Position numbers and translations under genes: made by a program. A stretch of DNA of 64,000 nucleotides, from the NCBI GenBank assembly GCA_000004985.1, contig GG738854.1, one strand, 5' to 3'. Source of the DNA: Naegleria gruberi (Eukaryota). Position 1 is the first letter of the stretch. Each line of letters starts with the position of its first letter. Below, in pieces: positions 1 through 12,000 of the stretch. The notes below the pieces were generated by a model that saw only the letters and a list, made by a program, of their open reading frames with translations, was not told the DNA's origin and searched no databases.

Positions 1-3000
1 NNNNNNNNNNNNNNNNNNNNNNNNNNNNNNNNNNNNNNNNNNNNNNNNNNNNNNNNNNNNNNNNNNNNNNNNNNNNNNNNNNNNNNNNNNNNNNNNNNNN
101 NNNNNNNNNNNNNNNNNNNNNNNNNNNNNNNNNNNNNNNNNNNNNNNNNNNNNNNNNNNNNNNNNNNNNNNNNNNNNNNNNNNNNNNNNNNNNNNNNNNN
201 NNNNNNNNNNNNNNNNNNNNNNNNNNNNNNNNNNNNNNNNNNNNNNNNNNNNNNNNNNNNNNNNNNNNNNNNNNNNNNNNNNNNNNNNNNNNNNNNNNNN
301 NNNNNNNNNNNNNNNNNNNNNNNNNNNNNNNNNNNNNNNNNNNNNNNNNNNNNNNNNNNNNNNNNNNNNNNNNNNNNNNNNNNNNNNNNNNNNNNNNNNN
401 NNNNNNNNNNNNNNNNNNNNNNNNNNNNNNNNNNNNNNNNNNNNNNNNNNNNNNNNNNNNNNNNNNNNNNNNNNNNNNNNNNNNNNNNNNNNNNNNNNNN
501 NNNNNNNNNNNNNNNNNNNNNNNNNNNNNNNNNNNNNNNNNNNNNNNNNNNNNNNNNNNNNNNNNNNNNNNNNNNNNNNNNNNNNNNNNNNNNNNNNNNN
601 NNNNNNNNNNNNNNNNNNNNNNNNNNNNNNNNNNNNNNNNNNNNNNNNNNNNNNNNNNNNNNNNNNNNNNNNNNNNNNNNNNNNNNNNNNNNNNNNNNNN
701 NNNNNNNNNNNNNNNNNNNNNNNNNNNNNNNNNNNNNNNNNNNNNNNNNNNNNNNNNNNNNNNNNNNNNNNNNNNNNNNNNNNNNNNNNNNNNNNNNNNN
801 NNNNNNNNNNNNNNNNNNNNNNNNNNNNNNNNNNNNNNNNNNNNNNNNNNNNNNNNNNNNNNNNNNNNNNNNNNNNNNNNNNNNNNNNNNNNNNNNNNNN
901 NNNNNNNNNNNNNNNNNNNNNNNNNNNNNNNNNNNNNNNNNNNNNNNNNNNNNNNNNNNNNNNNNNNNNNNNNNNNNNNNNNNNNNNNNNNNNNNNNNNN
1001 NNNNNNNNNNNNNNNNNNNNNNNNNNNNNNNNNNNNNNNNNNNNNNNNNNNNNNNNNNNNNNNNNNNNNNNNNNNNNNNNNNNNNNNNNNNNNNNNNNNN
1101 NNNNNNNNNNNNNNNNNNNNNNNNNNNNNNNNNNNNNNNNNNNNNNNNNNNNNNNNNNNNNNNNNNNNNNNNNNNNNNNNNNNNNNNNNNNNNNNNNNNN
1201 NNNNNNNNNNNNNNNNNNNNNNNNNNNNNNNNNNNNNNNNNNNNNNNNNNNNNNNNNNNNNNNNNNNNNNNNNNNNNNNNNNNNNNNNNNNNNNNNNNNN
1301 NNNNNNNNNNNNNNNNNNNNNNNNNNNNNNNNNNNNNNNNNNNNNNNNNNNNNNNNNNNNNNNNNNNNNNNNNNNNNNNNNNNNNNNNNNNNNNNNNNNN
1401 NNNNNNNNNNNNNNNNNNNNNNNNNNNNNNNNNNNNNNNNNNNNNNNNNNNNNNNNNNNNNNNNNNNNNNNNNNNNNNNNNNNNNNNNNNNNNNNNNNNN
1501 NNNNNNNNNNNNNNNNNNNNNNNNNNNNNNNNNNNNNNNNNNNNNNNNNNNNNNNNNNNNNNNNNNNNNNNNNNNNNNNNNNNNNNNNNNNNNNNNNNNN
1601 NNNNNNNNNNNNNNNNNNNNNNNNNNNNNNNNNNNNNNNNNNNNNNNNNNNNNNNNNNNNNNNNNNNNNNNNNNNNNNNNNNNNNNNNNNNNNNNNNNNN
1701 NNNNNNNNNNNNNNNNNNNNNNNNNNNNNNNNNNNNNNNNNNNNNNNNNNNNNNNNNNNNNNNNNNNNNNNNNNNNNNNNNNNNNNNNNNNNNNNNNNNN
1801 NNNNNNNNNNNNNNNNNNNNNNNNNNNNNNNNNNNNNNNNNNNNNNNNNNNNNNNNNNNNNNNNNNNNNNNNNNNNNNNNNNNNNNNNNNNNNNNNNNNN
1901 NNNNNNNNNNNNNNNNNNNNNNNNNNNNNNNNNNNNNNNNNNNNNNNNNNNNNNNNNNNNNNNNNNNNNNNNNNNNNNNNNNNNNNNNNNNNNNNNNNNN
2001 NNNNNNNNNNNNNNNNNNNNNNNNNNNNNNNNNNNNNNNNNNNNNNNNNNNNNNNNNNNNNNNNNNNNNNNNNNNNNNNNNNNNNNNNNNNNNNNNNNNN
2101 NNNNNNNNNNNNNNNNNNNNNNNNNNNNNNNNNNNNNNNNNNNNNNNNNNNNNNNNNNNNNNNNNNNNNNNNNNNNNNNNNNNNNNNNNNNNNNNNNNNN
2201 NNNNNNNNNNNNNNNNNNNNNNNNNNNNNNNNNNNNNNNNNNNNNNNNNNNNNNNNNNNNNNNNNNNNNNNNNNNNNNNNNNNNNNNNNNNNNNNNNNNN
2301 NNNNNNNNNNNNNNNNNNNNNNNNNNNNNNNNNNNNNNNNNNNNNNNNNNNNNNNNNNNNNNNNNNNNNNNNNNNNNNNNNNNNNNNNNNNNNNNNNNNN
2401 NNNNNNNNNNNNNNNNNNNNNNNNNNNNNNNNNNNNNNNNNNNNNNNNNNNNNNNNNNNNNNNNNNNNNNNNNNNNNNNNNNNNNNNNNNNNNNNNNNNN
2501 NNNNNNNNNNNNNNNNNNNNNNNNNNNNNNNNNNNNNNNNNNNNNNNNNNNNNNNNNNNNNNNNNNNNNNNNNNNNNNNNNNNNNNNNNNNNNNNNNNNN
2601 NNNNNNNNNNNNNNNNNNNNNNNNNNNNNNNNNNNNNNNNNNNNNNNNNNNNNNNNNNNNNNNNNNNNNNNNNNNNNNNNNNNNNNNNNNNNNNNNNNNN
2701 NNNNNNNNNNNNNNNNNNNNNNNNNNNNNNNNNNNNNNNNNNNNNNNNNNNNNNNNNNNNNNNNNNNNNNNNNNNNNNNNNNNNNNNNNNNNNNNNNNNN
2801 NNNNNNNNNNNNNNNNNNNNNNNNNNNNNNNNNNNNNNNNNNNNNNNNNNNNNNNNNNNNNNNNNNNNNNNNNNNNNNNNNNNNNNNNNNNNNNNNNNNN
2901 NNNNNNNNNNNNNNNNNNNNNNNNNNNNNNNNNNNNNNNNNNNNNNNNNNNNNNNNNNNNNNNNNNNNNNNNNNNNNNNNNNNNNNNNNNNNNNNNNNNN

Positions 3001-6000
3001 NNNNNNNNNNNNNNNNNNNNNNNNNNNNNNNNNNNNNNNNNNNNNNNNNNNNNNNNNNNNNNNNNNNNNNNNNNNNNNNNNNNNNNNNNNNNNNNNNNNN
3101 NNNNNNNNNNNNNNNNNNNNNNNNNNNNNNNNNNNNNNNNNNNNNNNNNNNNNNNNNNNNNNNNNNNNNNNNNNNNNNNNNNNNNNNNNNNNNNNNNNNN
3201 NNNNNNNNNNNNNNNNNNNNNNNNNNNNNNNNNNNNNNNNNNNNNNNNNNNNNNNNNNNNNNNNNNNNNNNNNNNNNNNNNNNNNNNNNNNNNNNNNNNN
3301 NNNNNNNNNNNNNNNNNNNNNNNNNNNNNNNNNNNNNNNNNNNNNNNNNNNNNNNNNNNNNNNNNNNNNNNNNNNNNNNNNNNNNNNNNNNNNNNNNNNN
3401 NNNNNNNNNNNNNNNNNNNNNNNNNNNNNNNNNNNNNNNNNNNNNNNNNNNNNNNNNNNNNNNNNNNNNNNNNNNNNNNNNNNNNNNNNNNNNNNNNNNN
3501 NNNNNNNNNNNNNNNNNNNNNNNNNNNNNNNNNNNNNNNNNNNNNNNNNNNNNNNNNNNNNNNNNNNNNNNNNNNNNNNNNNNNNNNNNNNNNNNNNNNN
3601 NNNNNNNNNNNNNNNNNNNNNNNNNNNNNNNNNNNNNNNNNNNNNNNNNNNNNNNNNNNNNNNNNNNNNNNNNNNNNNNNNNNNNNNNNNNNNNNNNNNN
3701 NNNNNNNNNNNNNNNNNNNNNNNNNNNNNNNNNNNNNNNNNNNNNNNNNNNNNNNNNNNNNNNNNNNNNNNNNNNNNNNNNNNNNNNNNNNNNNNNNNNN
3801 NNNNNNNNNNNNNNNNNNNNNNNNNNNNNNNNNNNNNNNNNNNNNNNNNNNNNNNNNNNNNNNNNNNNNNNNNNNNNNNNNNNNNNNNNNNNNNNNNNNN
3901 NNNNNNNNNNNNNNNNNNNNNNNNNNNNNNNNNNNNNNNNNNNNNNNNNNNNNNNNNNNNNNNNNNNNNNNNNNNNNNNNNNNNNNNNNNNNNNNNNNNN
4001 NNNNNNNNNNNNNNNNNNNNNNNNNNNNNNNNNNNNNNNNNNNNNNNNNNNNNNNNNNNNNNNNNNNNNNNNNNNNNNNNNNNNNNNNNNNNNNNNNNNN
4101 NNNNNNNNNNNNNNNNNNNNNNNNNNNNNNNNNNNNNNNNNNNNNNNNNNNNNNNNNNNNNNNNNNNNNNNNNNNNNNNNNNNNNNNNNNNNNNNNNNNN
4201 NNNNNNNNNNNNNNNNNNNNNNNNNNNNNNNNNNNNNNNNNNNNNNNNNNNNNNNNNNNNNNNNNNNNNNNNNNNNNNNNNNNNNNNNNNNNNNNNNNNN
4301 NNNNNNNNNNNNNNNNNNNNNNNNNNNNNNNNNNNNNNNNNNNNNNNNNNNNNNNNNNNNNNNNNNNNNNNNNNNNNNNNNNNNNNNNNNNNNNNNNNNN
4401 NNNNNNNNNNNNNNNNNNNNNNNNNNNNNNNNNNNNNNNNNNNNNNNNNNNNNNNNNNNNNNNNNNNNNNNNNNNNNNNNNNNNNNNNNNNNNNNNNNNN
4501 NNNNNNNNNNNNNNNNNNNNNNNNNNNNNNNNNNNNNNNNNNNNNNNNNNNNNNNNNNNNNNNNNNNNNNNNNNNNNNNNNNNNNNNNNNNNNNNNNNNN
4601 NNNNNNNNNNNNNNNNNNNNNNNNNNNNNNNNNNNNNNNNNNNNNNNNNNNNNNNNNNNNNNNNNNNNNNNNNNNNNNNNNNNNNNNNNNNNNNNNNNNN
4701 NNNNNNNNNNNNNNNNNNNNNNNNNNNNNNNNNNNNNNNNNNNNNNNNNNNNNNNNNNNNNNNNNNNNNNNNNNNNNNNNNNNNNNNNNNNNNNNNNNNN
4801 NNNNNNNNNNNNNNNNNNNNNNNNNNNNNNNNNNNNNNNNNNNNNNNNNNNNNNNNNNNNNNNNNNNNNNNNNNNNNNNNNNNNNNNNNNNNNNNNNNNN
4901 NNNNNNNNNNNNNNNNNNNNNNNNNNNNNNNNNNNNNNNNNNNNNNNNNNNNNNNNNNNNNNNNNNNNNNNNNNNNNNNNNNNNNNNNNNNNNNNNNNNN
5001 NNNNNNNNNNNNNNNNNNNNNNNNNNNNNNNNNNNNNNNNNNNNNNNNNNNNNNNNNNNNNNNNNNNNNNNNNNNNNNNNNNNNNNNNNNNNNNNNNNNN
5101 NNNNNNNNNNNNNNNNNNNNNNNNNNNNNNNNNNNNNNNNNNNNNNNNNNNNNNNNNNNNNNNNNNNNNNNNNNNNNNNNNNNNNNNNNNNNNNNNNNNN
5201 NNNNNNNNNNNNNNNNNNNNNNNNNNNNNNNNNNNNNNNNNNNNNNNNNNNNNNNNNNNNNNNNNNNNNNNNNNNNNNNNNNNNNNNNNNNNNNNNNNNN
5301 NNNNNNNNNNNNNNNNNNNNNNNNNNNNNNNNNNNNNNNNNNNNNNNNNNNNNNNNNNNNNNNNNNNNNNNNNNNNNNNNNNNNNNNNNNNNNNNNNNNN
5401 NNNNNNNNNNNNNNNNNNNNNNNNNNNNNNNNNNNNNNNNNNNNNNNNNNNNNNNNNNNNNNNNNNNNNNNNNNNNNNNNNNNNNNNNNNNNNNNNNNNN
5501 NNNNNNNNNNNNNNNNNNNNNNNNNNNNNNNNNNNNNNNNNNNNNNNNNNNNNNNNNNNNNNNNNNNNNNNNNNNNNNNNNNNNNNNNNNNNNNNNNNNN
5601 NNNNNNNNNNNNNNNNNNNNNNNNNNNNNNNNNNNNNNNNNNNNNNNNNNNNNNNNNNNNNNNNNNNNNNNNNNNNNNNNNNNNNNNNNNNNNNNNNNNN
5701 NNNNNNNNNNNNNNNNNNNNNNNNNNNNNNNNNNNNNNNNNNNNNNNNNNNNNNNNNNNNNNNNNNNNNNNNNNNNNNNNNNNNNNNNNNNNNNNNNNNN
5801 NNNNNNNNNNNNNNNNNNNNNNNNNNNNNNNNNNNNNNNNNNNNNNNNNNNNNNNNNNNNNNNNNNNNNNNNNNNNNNNNNNNNNNNNNNNNNNNNNNNN
5901 NNNNNNNNNNNNNNNNNNNNNNNNNNNNNNNNNNNNNNNNNNNNNNNNNNNNNNNNNNNNNNNNNNNNNNNNNNNNNNNNNNNNNNNNNNNNNNNNNNNN

Positions 6001-9000
6001 NNNNNNNNNNNNNNNNNNNNNNNNNNNNNNNNNNNNNNNNNNNNNNNNNNNNNNNNNNNNNNNNNNNNNNNNNNNNNNNNNNNNNNNNNNNNNNNNNNNN
6101 NNNNNNNNNNNNNNNNNNNNNNNNNNNNNNNNNNNNNNNNNNNNNNNNNNNNNNNNNNNNNNNNNNNNNNNNNNNNNNNNNNNNNNNNNNNNNNNNNNNN
6201 NNNNNNNNNNNNNNNNNNNNNNNNNNNNNNNNNNNNNNNNNNNNNNNNNNNNNNNNNNNNNNNNNNNNNNNNNNNNNNNNNNNNNNNNNNNNNNNNNNNN
6301 NNNNNNNNNNNNNNNNNNNNNNNNNNNNNNNNNNNNNNNNNNNNNNNNNNNNNNNNNNNNNNNNNNNNNNNNNNNNNNNNNNNNNNNNNNNNNNNNNNNN
6401 NNNNNNNNNNNNNNNNNNNNNNNNNNNNNNNNNNNNNNNNNNNNNNNNNNNNNNNNNNNNNNNNNNNNNNNNNNNNNNNNNNNNNNNNNNNNNNNNNNNN
6501 NNNNNNNNNNNNNNNNNNNNNNNNNNNNNNNNNNNNNNNNNNNNNNNNNNNNNNNNNNNNNNNNNNNNNNNNNNNNNNNNNNNNNNNNNNNNNNNNNNNN
6601 NNNNNNNNNNNNNNNNNNNNNNNNNNNNNNNNNNNNNNNNNNNNNNNNNNNNNNNNNNNNNNNNNNNNNNNNNNNNNNNNNNNNNNNNNNNNNNNNNNNN
6701 NNNNNNNNNNNNNNNNNNNNNNNNNNNNNNNNNNNNNNNNNNNNNNNNNNNNNNNNNNNNNNNNNNNNNNNNNNNNNNNNNNNNNNNNNNNNNNNNNNNN
6801 NNNNNNNNNNNNNNNNNNNNNNNNNNNNNNNNNNNNNNNNNNNNNNNNNNNNNNNNNNNNNNNNNNNNNNNNNNNNNNNNNNNNNNNNNNNNNNNNNNNN
6901 NNNNNNNNNNNNNNNNNNNNNNNNNNNNNNNNNNNNNNNNNNNNNNNNNNNNNNNNNNNNNNNNNNNNNNNNNNNNNNNNNNNNNNNNNNNNNNNNNNNN
7001 NNNNNNNNNNNNNNNNNNNNNNNNNNNNNNNNNNNNNNNNNNNNNNNNNNNNNNNNNNNNNNNNNNNNNNNNNNNNNNNNNNNNNNNNNNNNNNNNNNNN
7101 NNNNNNNNNNNNNNNNNNNNNNNNNNNNNNNNNNNNNNNNNNNNNNNNNNNNNNNNNNNNNNNNNNNNNNNNNNNNNNNNNNNNNNNNNNNNNNNNNNNN
7201 NNNNNNNNNNNNNNNNNNNNNNNNNNNNNNNNNNNNNNNNNNNNNNNNNNNNNNNNNNNNNNNNNNNNNNNNNNNNNNNNNNNNNNNNNNNNNNNNNNNN
7301 NNNNNNNNNNNNNNNNNNNNNNNNNNNNNNNNNNNNNNNNNNNNNNNNNNNNNNNNNNNNNNNNNNNNNNNNNNNNNNNNNNNNNNNNNNNNNNNNNNNN
7401 NNNNNNNNNNNNNNNNNNNNNNNNNNNNNNNNNNNNNNNNNNNNNNNNNNNNNNNNNNNNNNNNNNNNNNNNNNNNNNNNNNNNNNNNNNNNNNNNNNNN
7501 NNNNNNNNNNNNNNNNNNNNNNNNNNNNNNNNNNNNNNNNNNNNNNNNNNNNNNNNNNNNNNNNNNNNNNNNNNNNNNNNNNNNNNNNNNNNNNNNNNNN
7601 NNNNNNNNNNNNNNNNNNNNNNNNNNNNNNNNNNNNNNNNNNNNNNNNNNNNNNNNNNNNNNNNNNNNNNNNNNNNNNNNNNNNNNNNNNNNNNNNNNNN
7701 NNNNNNNNNNNNNNNNNNNNNNNNNNNNNNNNNNNNNNNNNNNNNNNNNNNNNNNNNNNNNNNNNNNNNNNNNNNNNNNNNNNNNNNNNNNNNNNNNNNN
7801 NNNNNNNNNNNNNNNNNNNNNNNNNNNNNNNNNNNNNNNNNNNNNNNNNNNNNNNNNNNNNNNNNNNNNNNNNNNNNNNNNNNNNNNNNNNNNNNNNNNN
7901 NNNNNNNNNNNNNNNNNNNNNNNNNNNNNNNNNNNNNNNNNNNNNNNNNNNNNNNNNNNNNNNNNNNNNNNNNNNNNNNNNNNNNNNNNNNNNNNNNNNN
8001 NNNNNNNNNNNNNNNNNNNNNNNNNNNNNNNNNNNNNNNNNNNNNNNNNNNNNNNNNNNNNNNNNNNNNNNNNNNNNNNNNNNNNNNNNNNNNNNNNNNN
8101 NNNNNNNNNNNNNNNNNNNNNNNNNNNNNNNNNNNNNNNNNNNNNNNNNNNNNNNNNNNNNNNNNNNNNNNNNNNNNNNNNNNNNNNNNNNNNNNNNNNN
8201 NNNNNNNNNNNNNNNNNNNNNNNNNNNNNNNNNNNNNNNNNNNNNNNNNNNNNNNNNNNNNNNNNNNNNNNNNNNNNNNNNNNNNNNNNNNNNNNNNNNN
8301 NNNNNNNNNNNNNNNNNNNNNNNNNNNNNNNNNNNNNNNNNNNNNNNNNNNNNNNNNNNNNNNNNNNNNNNNNNNNNNNNNNNNNNNNNNNNNNNNNNNN
8401 NNNNNNNNNNNNNNNNNNNNNNNNNNNNNNNNNNNNNNNNNNNNNNNNNNNNNNNNNNNNNNNNNNNNNNNNNNNNNNNNNNNNNNNNNNNNNNNNNNNN
8501 NNNNNNNNNNNNNNNNNNNNNNNNNNNNNNNNNNNNNNNNNNNNNNNNNNNNNNNNNNNNNNNNNNNNNNNNNNNNNNNNNNNNNNNNNNNNNNNNNNNN
8601 NNNNNNNNNNNNNNNNNNNNNNNNNNNNNNNNNNNNNNNNNNNNNNNNNNNNNNNNNNNNNNNNNNNNNNNNNNNNNNNNNNNNNNNNNNNNNNNNNNNN
8701 NNNNNNNNNNNNNNNNNNNNNNNNNNNNNNNNNNNNNNNNNNNNNNNNNNNNNNNNNNNNNNNNNNNNNNNNNNNNNNNNNNNNNNNNNNNNNNNNNNNN
8801 NNNNNNNNNNNNNNNNNNNNNNNNNNNNNNNNNNNNNNNNNNNNNNNNNNNNNNNNNNNNNNNNNNNNNNNNNNNNNNNNNNNNNNNNNNNNNNNNNNNN
8901 NNNNNNNNNNNNNNNNNNNNNNNNNNNNNNNNNNNNNNNNNNNNNNNNNNNNNNNNNNNNNNNNNNNNNNNNNNNNNNNNNNNNNNNNNNNNNNNNNNNN

Positions 9001-12000
9001 NNNNNNNNNNNNNNNNNNNNNNNNNNNNNNNNNNNNNNNNNNNNNNNNNNNNNNNNNNNNNNNNNNNNNNNNNNNNNNNNNNNNNNNNNNNNNNNNNNNN
9101 NNNNNNNNNNNNNNNNNNNNNNNNNNNNNNNNNNNNNNNNNNNNNNNNNNNNNNNNNNNNNNNNNNNNNNNNNNNNNNNNNNNNNNNNNNNNNNNNNNNN
9201 NNNNNNNNNNNNNNNNNNNNNNNNNNNNNNNNNNNNNNNNNNNNNNNNNNNNNNNNNNNNNNNNNNNNNNNNNNNNNNNNNNNNNNNNNNNNNNNNNNNN
9301 NNNNNNNNNNNNNNNNNNNNNNNNNNNNNNNNNNNNNNNNNNNNNNNNNNNNNNNNNNNNNNNNNNNNNNNNNNNNNNNNNNNNNNNNNNNNNNNNNNNN
9401 NNNNNNNNNNNNNNNNNNNNNNNNNNNNNNNNNNNNNNNNNNNNNNNNNNNNNNNNNNNNNNNNNNNNNNNNNNNNNNNNNNNNNNNNNNNNNNNNNNNN
9501 NNNNNNNNNNNNNNNNNNNNNNNNNNNNNNNNNNNNNNNNNNNNNNNNNNNNNNNNNNNNNNNNNNNNNNNNNNNNNNNNNNNNNNNNNNNNNNNNNNNN
9601 NNNNNNNNNNNNNNNNNNNNNNNNNNNNNNNNNNNNNNNNNNNNNNNNNNNNNNNNNNNNNNNNNNNNNNNNNNNNNNNNNNNNNNNNNNNNNNNNNNNN
9701 NNNNNNNNNNNNNNNNNNNNNNNNNNNNNNNNNNNNNNNNNNNNNNNNNNNNNNNNNNNNNNNNNNNNNNNNNNNNNNNNNNNNNNNNNNNNNNNNNNNN
9801 NNNNNNNNNNNNNNNNNNNNNNNNNNNNNNNNNNNNNNNNNNNNNNNNNNNNNNNNNNNNNNNNNNNNNNNNNNNNNNNNNNNNNNNNNNNNNNNNNNNN
9901 NNNNNNNNNNNNNNNNNNNNNNNNNNNNNNNNNNNNNNNNNNNNNNNNNNNNNNNNNNNNNNNNNNNNNNNNNNNNNNNNNNNNNNNNNNNNNNNNNNNN
10001 NNNNNNNNNNNNNNNNNNNNNNNNNNNNNNNNNNNNNNNNNNNNNNNNNNNNNNNNNNNNNNNNNNNNNNNNNNNNNNNNNNNNNNNNNNNNNNNNNNNN
10101 NNNNNNNNNNNNNNNNNNNNNNNNNNNNNNNNNNNNNNNNNNNNNNNNNNNNNNNNNNNNNNNNNNNNNNNNNNNNNNNNNNNNNNNNNNNNNNNNNNNN
10201 NNNNNNNNNNNNNNNNNNNNNNNNNNNNNNNNNNNNNNNNNNNNNNNNNNNNNNNNNNNNNNNNNNNNNNNNNNNNNNNNNNNNNNNNNNNNNNNNNNNN
10301 NNNNNNNNNNNNNNNNNNNNNNNNNNNNNNNNNNNNNNNNNNNNNNNNNNNNNNNNNNNNNNNNNNNNNNNNNNNNNNNNNNNNNNNNNNNNNNNNNNNN
10401 NNNNNNNNNNNNNNNNNNNNNNNNNNNNNNNNNNNNNNNNNNNNNNNNNNNNNNNNNNNNNNNNNNNNNNNNNNNNNNNNNNNNNNNNNNNNNNNNNNNN
10501 NNNNNNNNNNNNNNNNNNNNNNNNNNNNNNNNNNNNNNNNNNNNNNNNNNNNNNNNNNNNNNNNNNNNNNNNNNNNNNNNNNNNNNNNNNNNNNNNNNNN
10601 NNNNNNNNNNNNNNNNNNNNNNNNNNNNNNNNNNNNNNNNNNNNNNNNNNNNNNNNNNNNNNNNNNNNNNNNNNNNNNNNNNNNNNNNNNNNNNNNNNNN
10701 NNNNNNNNNNNNNNNNNNNNNNNNNNNNNNNNNNNNNNNNNNNNNNNNNNNNNNNNNNNNNNNNNNNNNNNNNNNNNNNNNNNNNNNNNNNNNNNNNNNN
10801 NNNNNNNNNNNNNNNNNNNNNNNNNNNNNNNNNNNNNNNNNNNNNNNNNNNNNNNNNNNNNNNNNNNNNNNNNNNNNNNNNNNNNNNNNNNNNNNNNNNN
10901 NNNNNNNNNNNNNNNNNNNNNNNNNNNNNNNNNNNNNNNNNNNNNNNNNNNNNNNNNNNNNNNNNNNNNNNNNNNNNNNNNNNNNNNNNNNNNNNNNNNN
11001 NNNNNNNNNNNNNNNNNNNNNNNNNNNNNNNNNNNNNNNNNNNNNNNNNNNNNNNNNNNNNNNNNNNNNNNNNNNNNNNNNNNNNNNNNNNNNNNNNNNN
11101 NNNNNNNNNNNNNNNNNNNNNNNNNNNNNNNNNNNNNNNNNNNNNNNNNNNNNNNNNNNNNNNNNNNNNNNNNNNNNNNNNNNNNNNNNNNNNNNNNNNN
11201 NNNNNNNNNNNNNNNNNNNNNNNNNNNNNNNNNNNNNNNNNNNNNNNNNNNNNNNNNNNNNNNNNNNNNNNNNNNNNNNNNNNNNNNNNNNNNNNNNNNN
11301 NNNNNNNNNNNNNNNNNNNNNNNNNNNNNNNNNNNNNNNNNNNNNNNNNNNNNNNNNNNNNNNNNNNNNNNNNNNNNNNNNNNNNNNNNNNNNNNNNNNN
11401 NNNNNNNNNNNNNNNNNNNNNNNNNNNNNNNNNNNNNNNNNNNNNNNNNNNNNNNNNNNNNNNNNNNNNNNNNNNNNNNNNNNNNNNNNNNNNNNNNNNN
11501 NNNNNNNNNNNNNNNNNNNNNNNNNNNNNNNNNNNNNNNNNNNNNNNNNNNNNNNNNNNNNNNNNNNNNNNNNNNNNNNNNNNNNNNNNNNNNNNNNNNN
11601 NNNNNNNNNNNNNNNNNNNNNNNNNNNNNNNNNNNNNNNNNNNNNNNNNNNNNNNNNNNNNNNNNNNNNNNNNNNNNNNNNNNNNNNNNNNNNNNNNNNN
11701 NNNNNNNNNNNNNNNNNNNNNNNNNNNNNNNNNNNNNNNNNNNNNNNNNNNNNNNNNNNNNNNNNNNNNNNNNNNNNNNNNNNNNNNNNNNNNNNNNNNN
11801 NNNNNNNNNNNNNNNNNNNNNNNNNNNNNNNNNNNNNNNNNNNNNNNNNNNNNNNNNNNNNNNNNNNNNNNNNNNNNNNNNNNNNNNNNNNNNNNNNNNN
11901 NNNNNNNNNNNNNNNNNNNNNNNNNNNNNNNNNNNNNNNNNNNNNNNNNNNNNNNNNNNNNNNNNNNNNNNNNNNNNNNNNNNNNNNNNNNNNNNNNNNN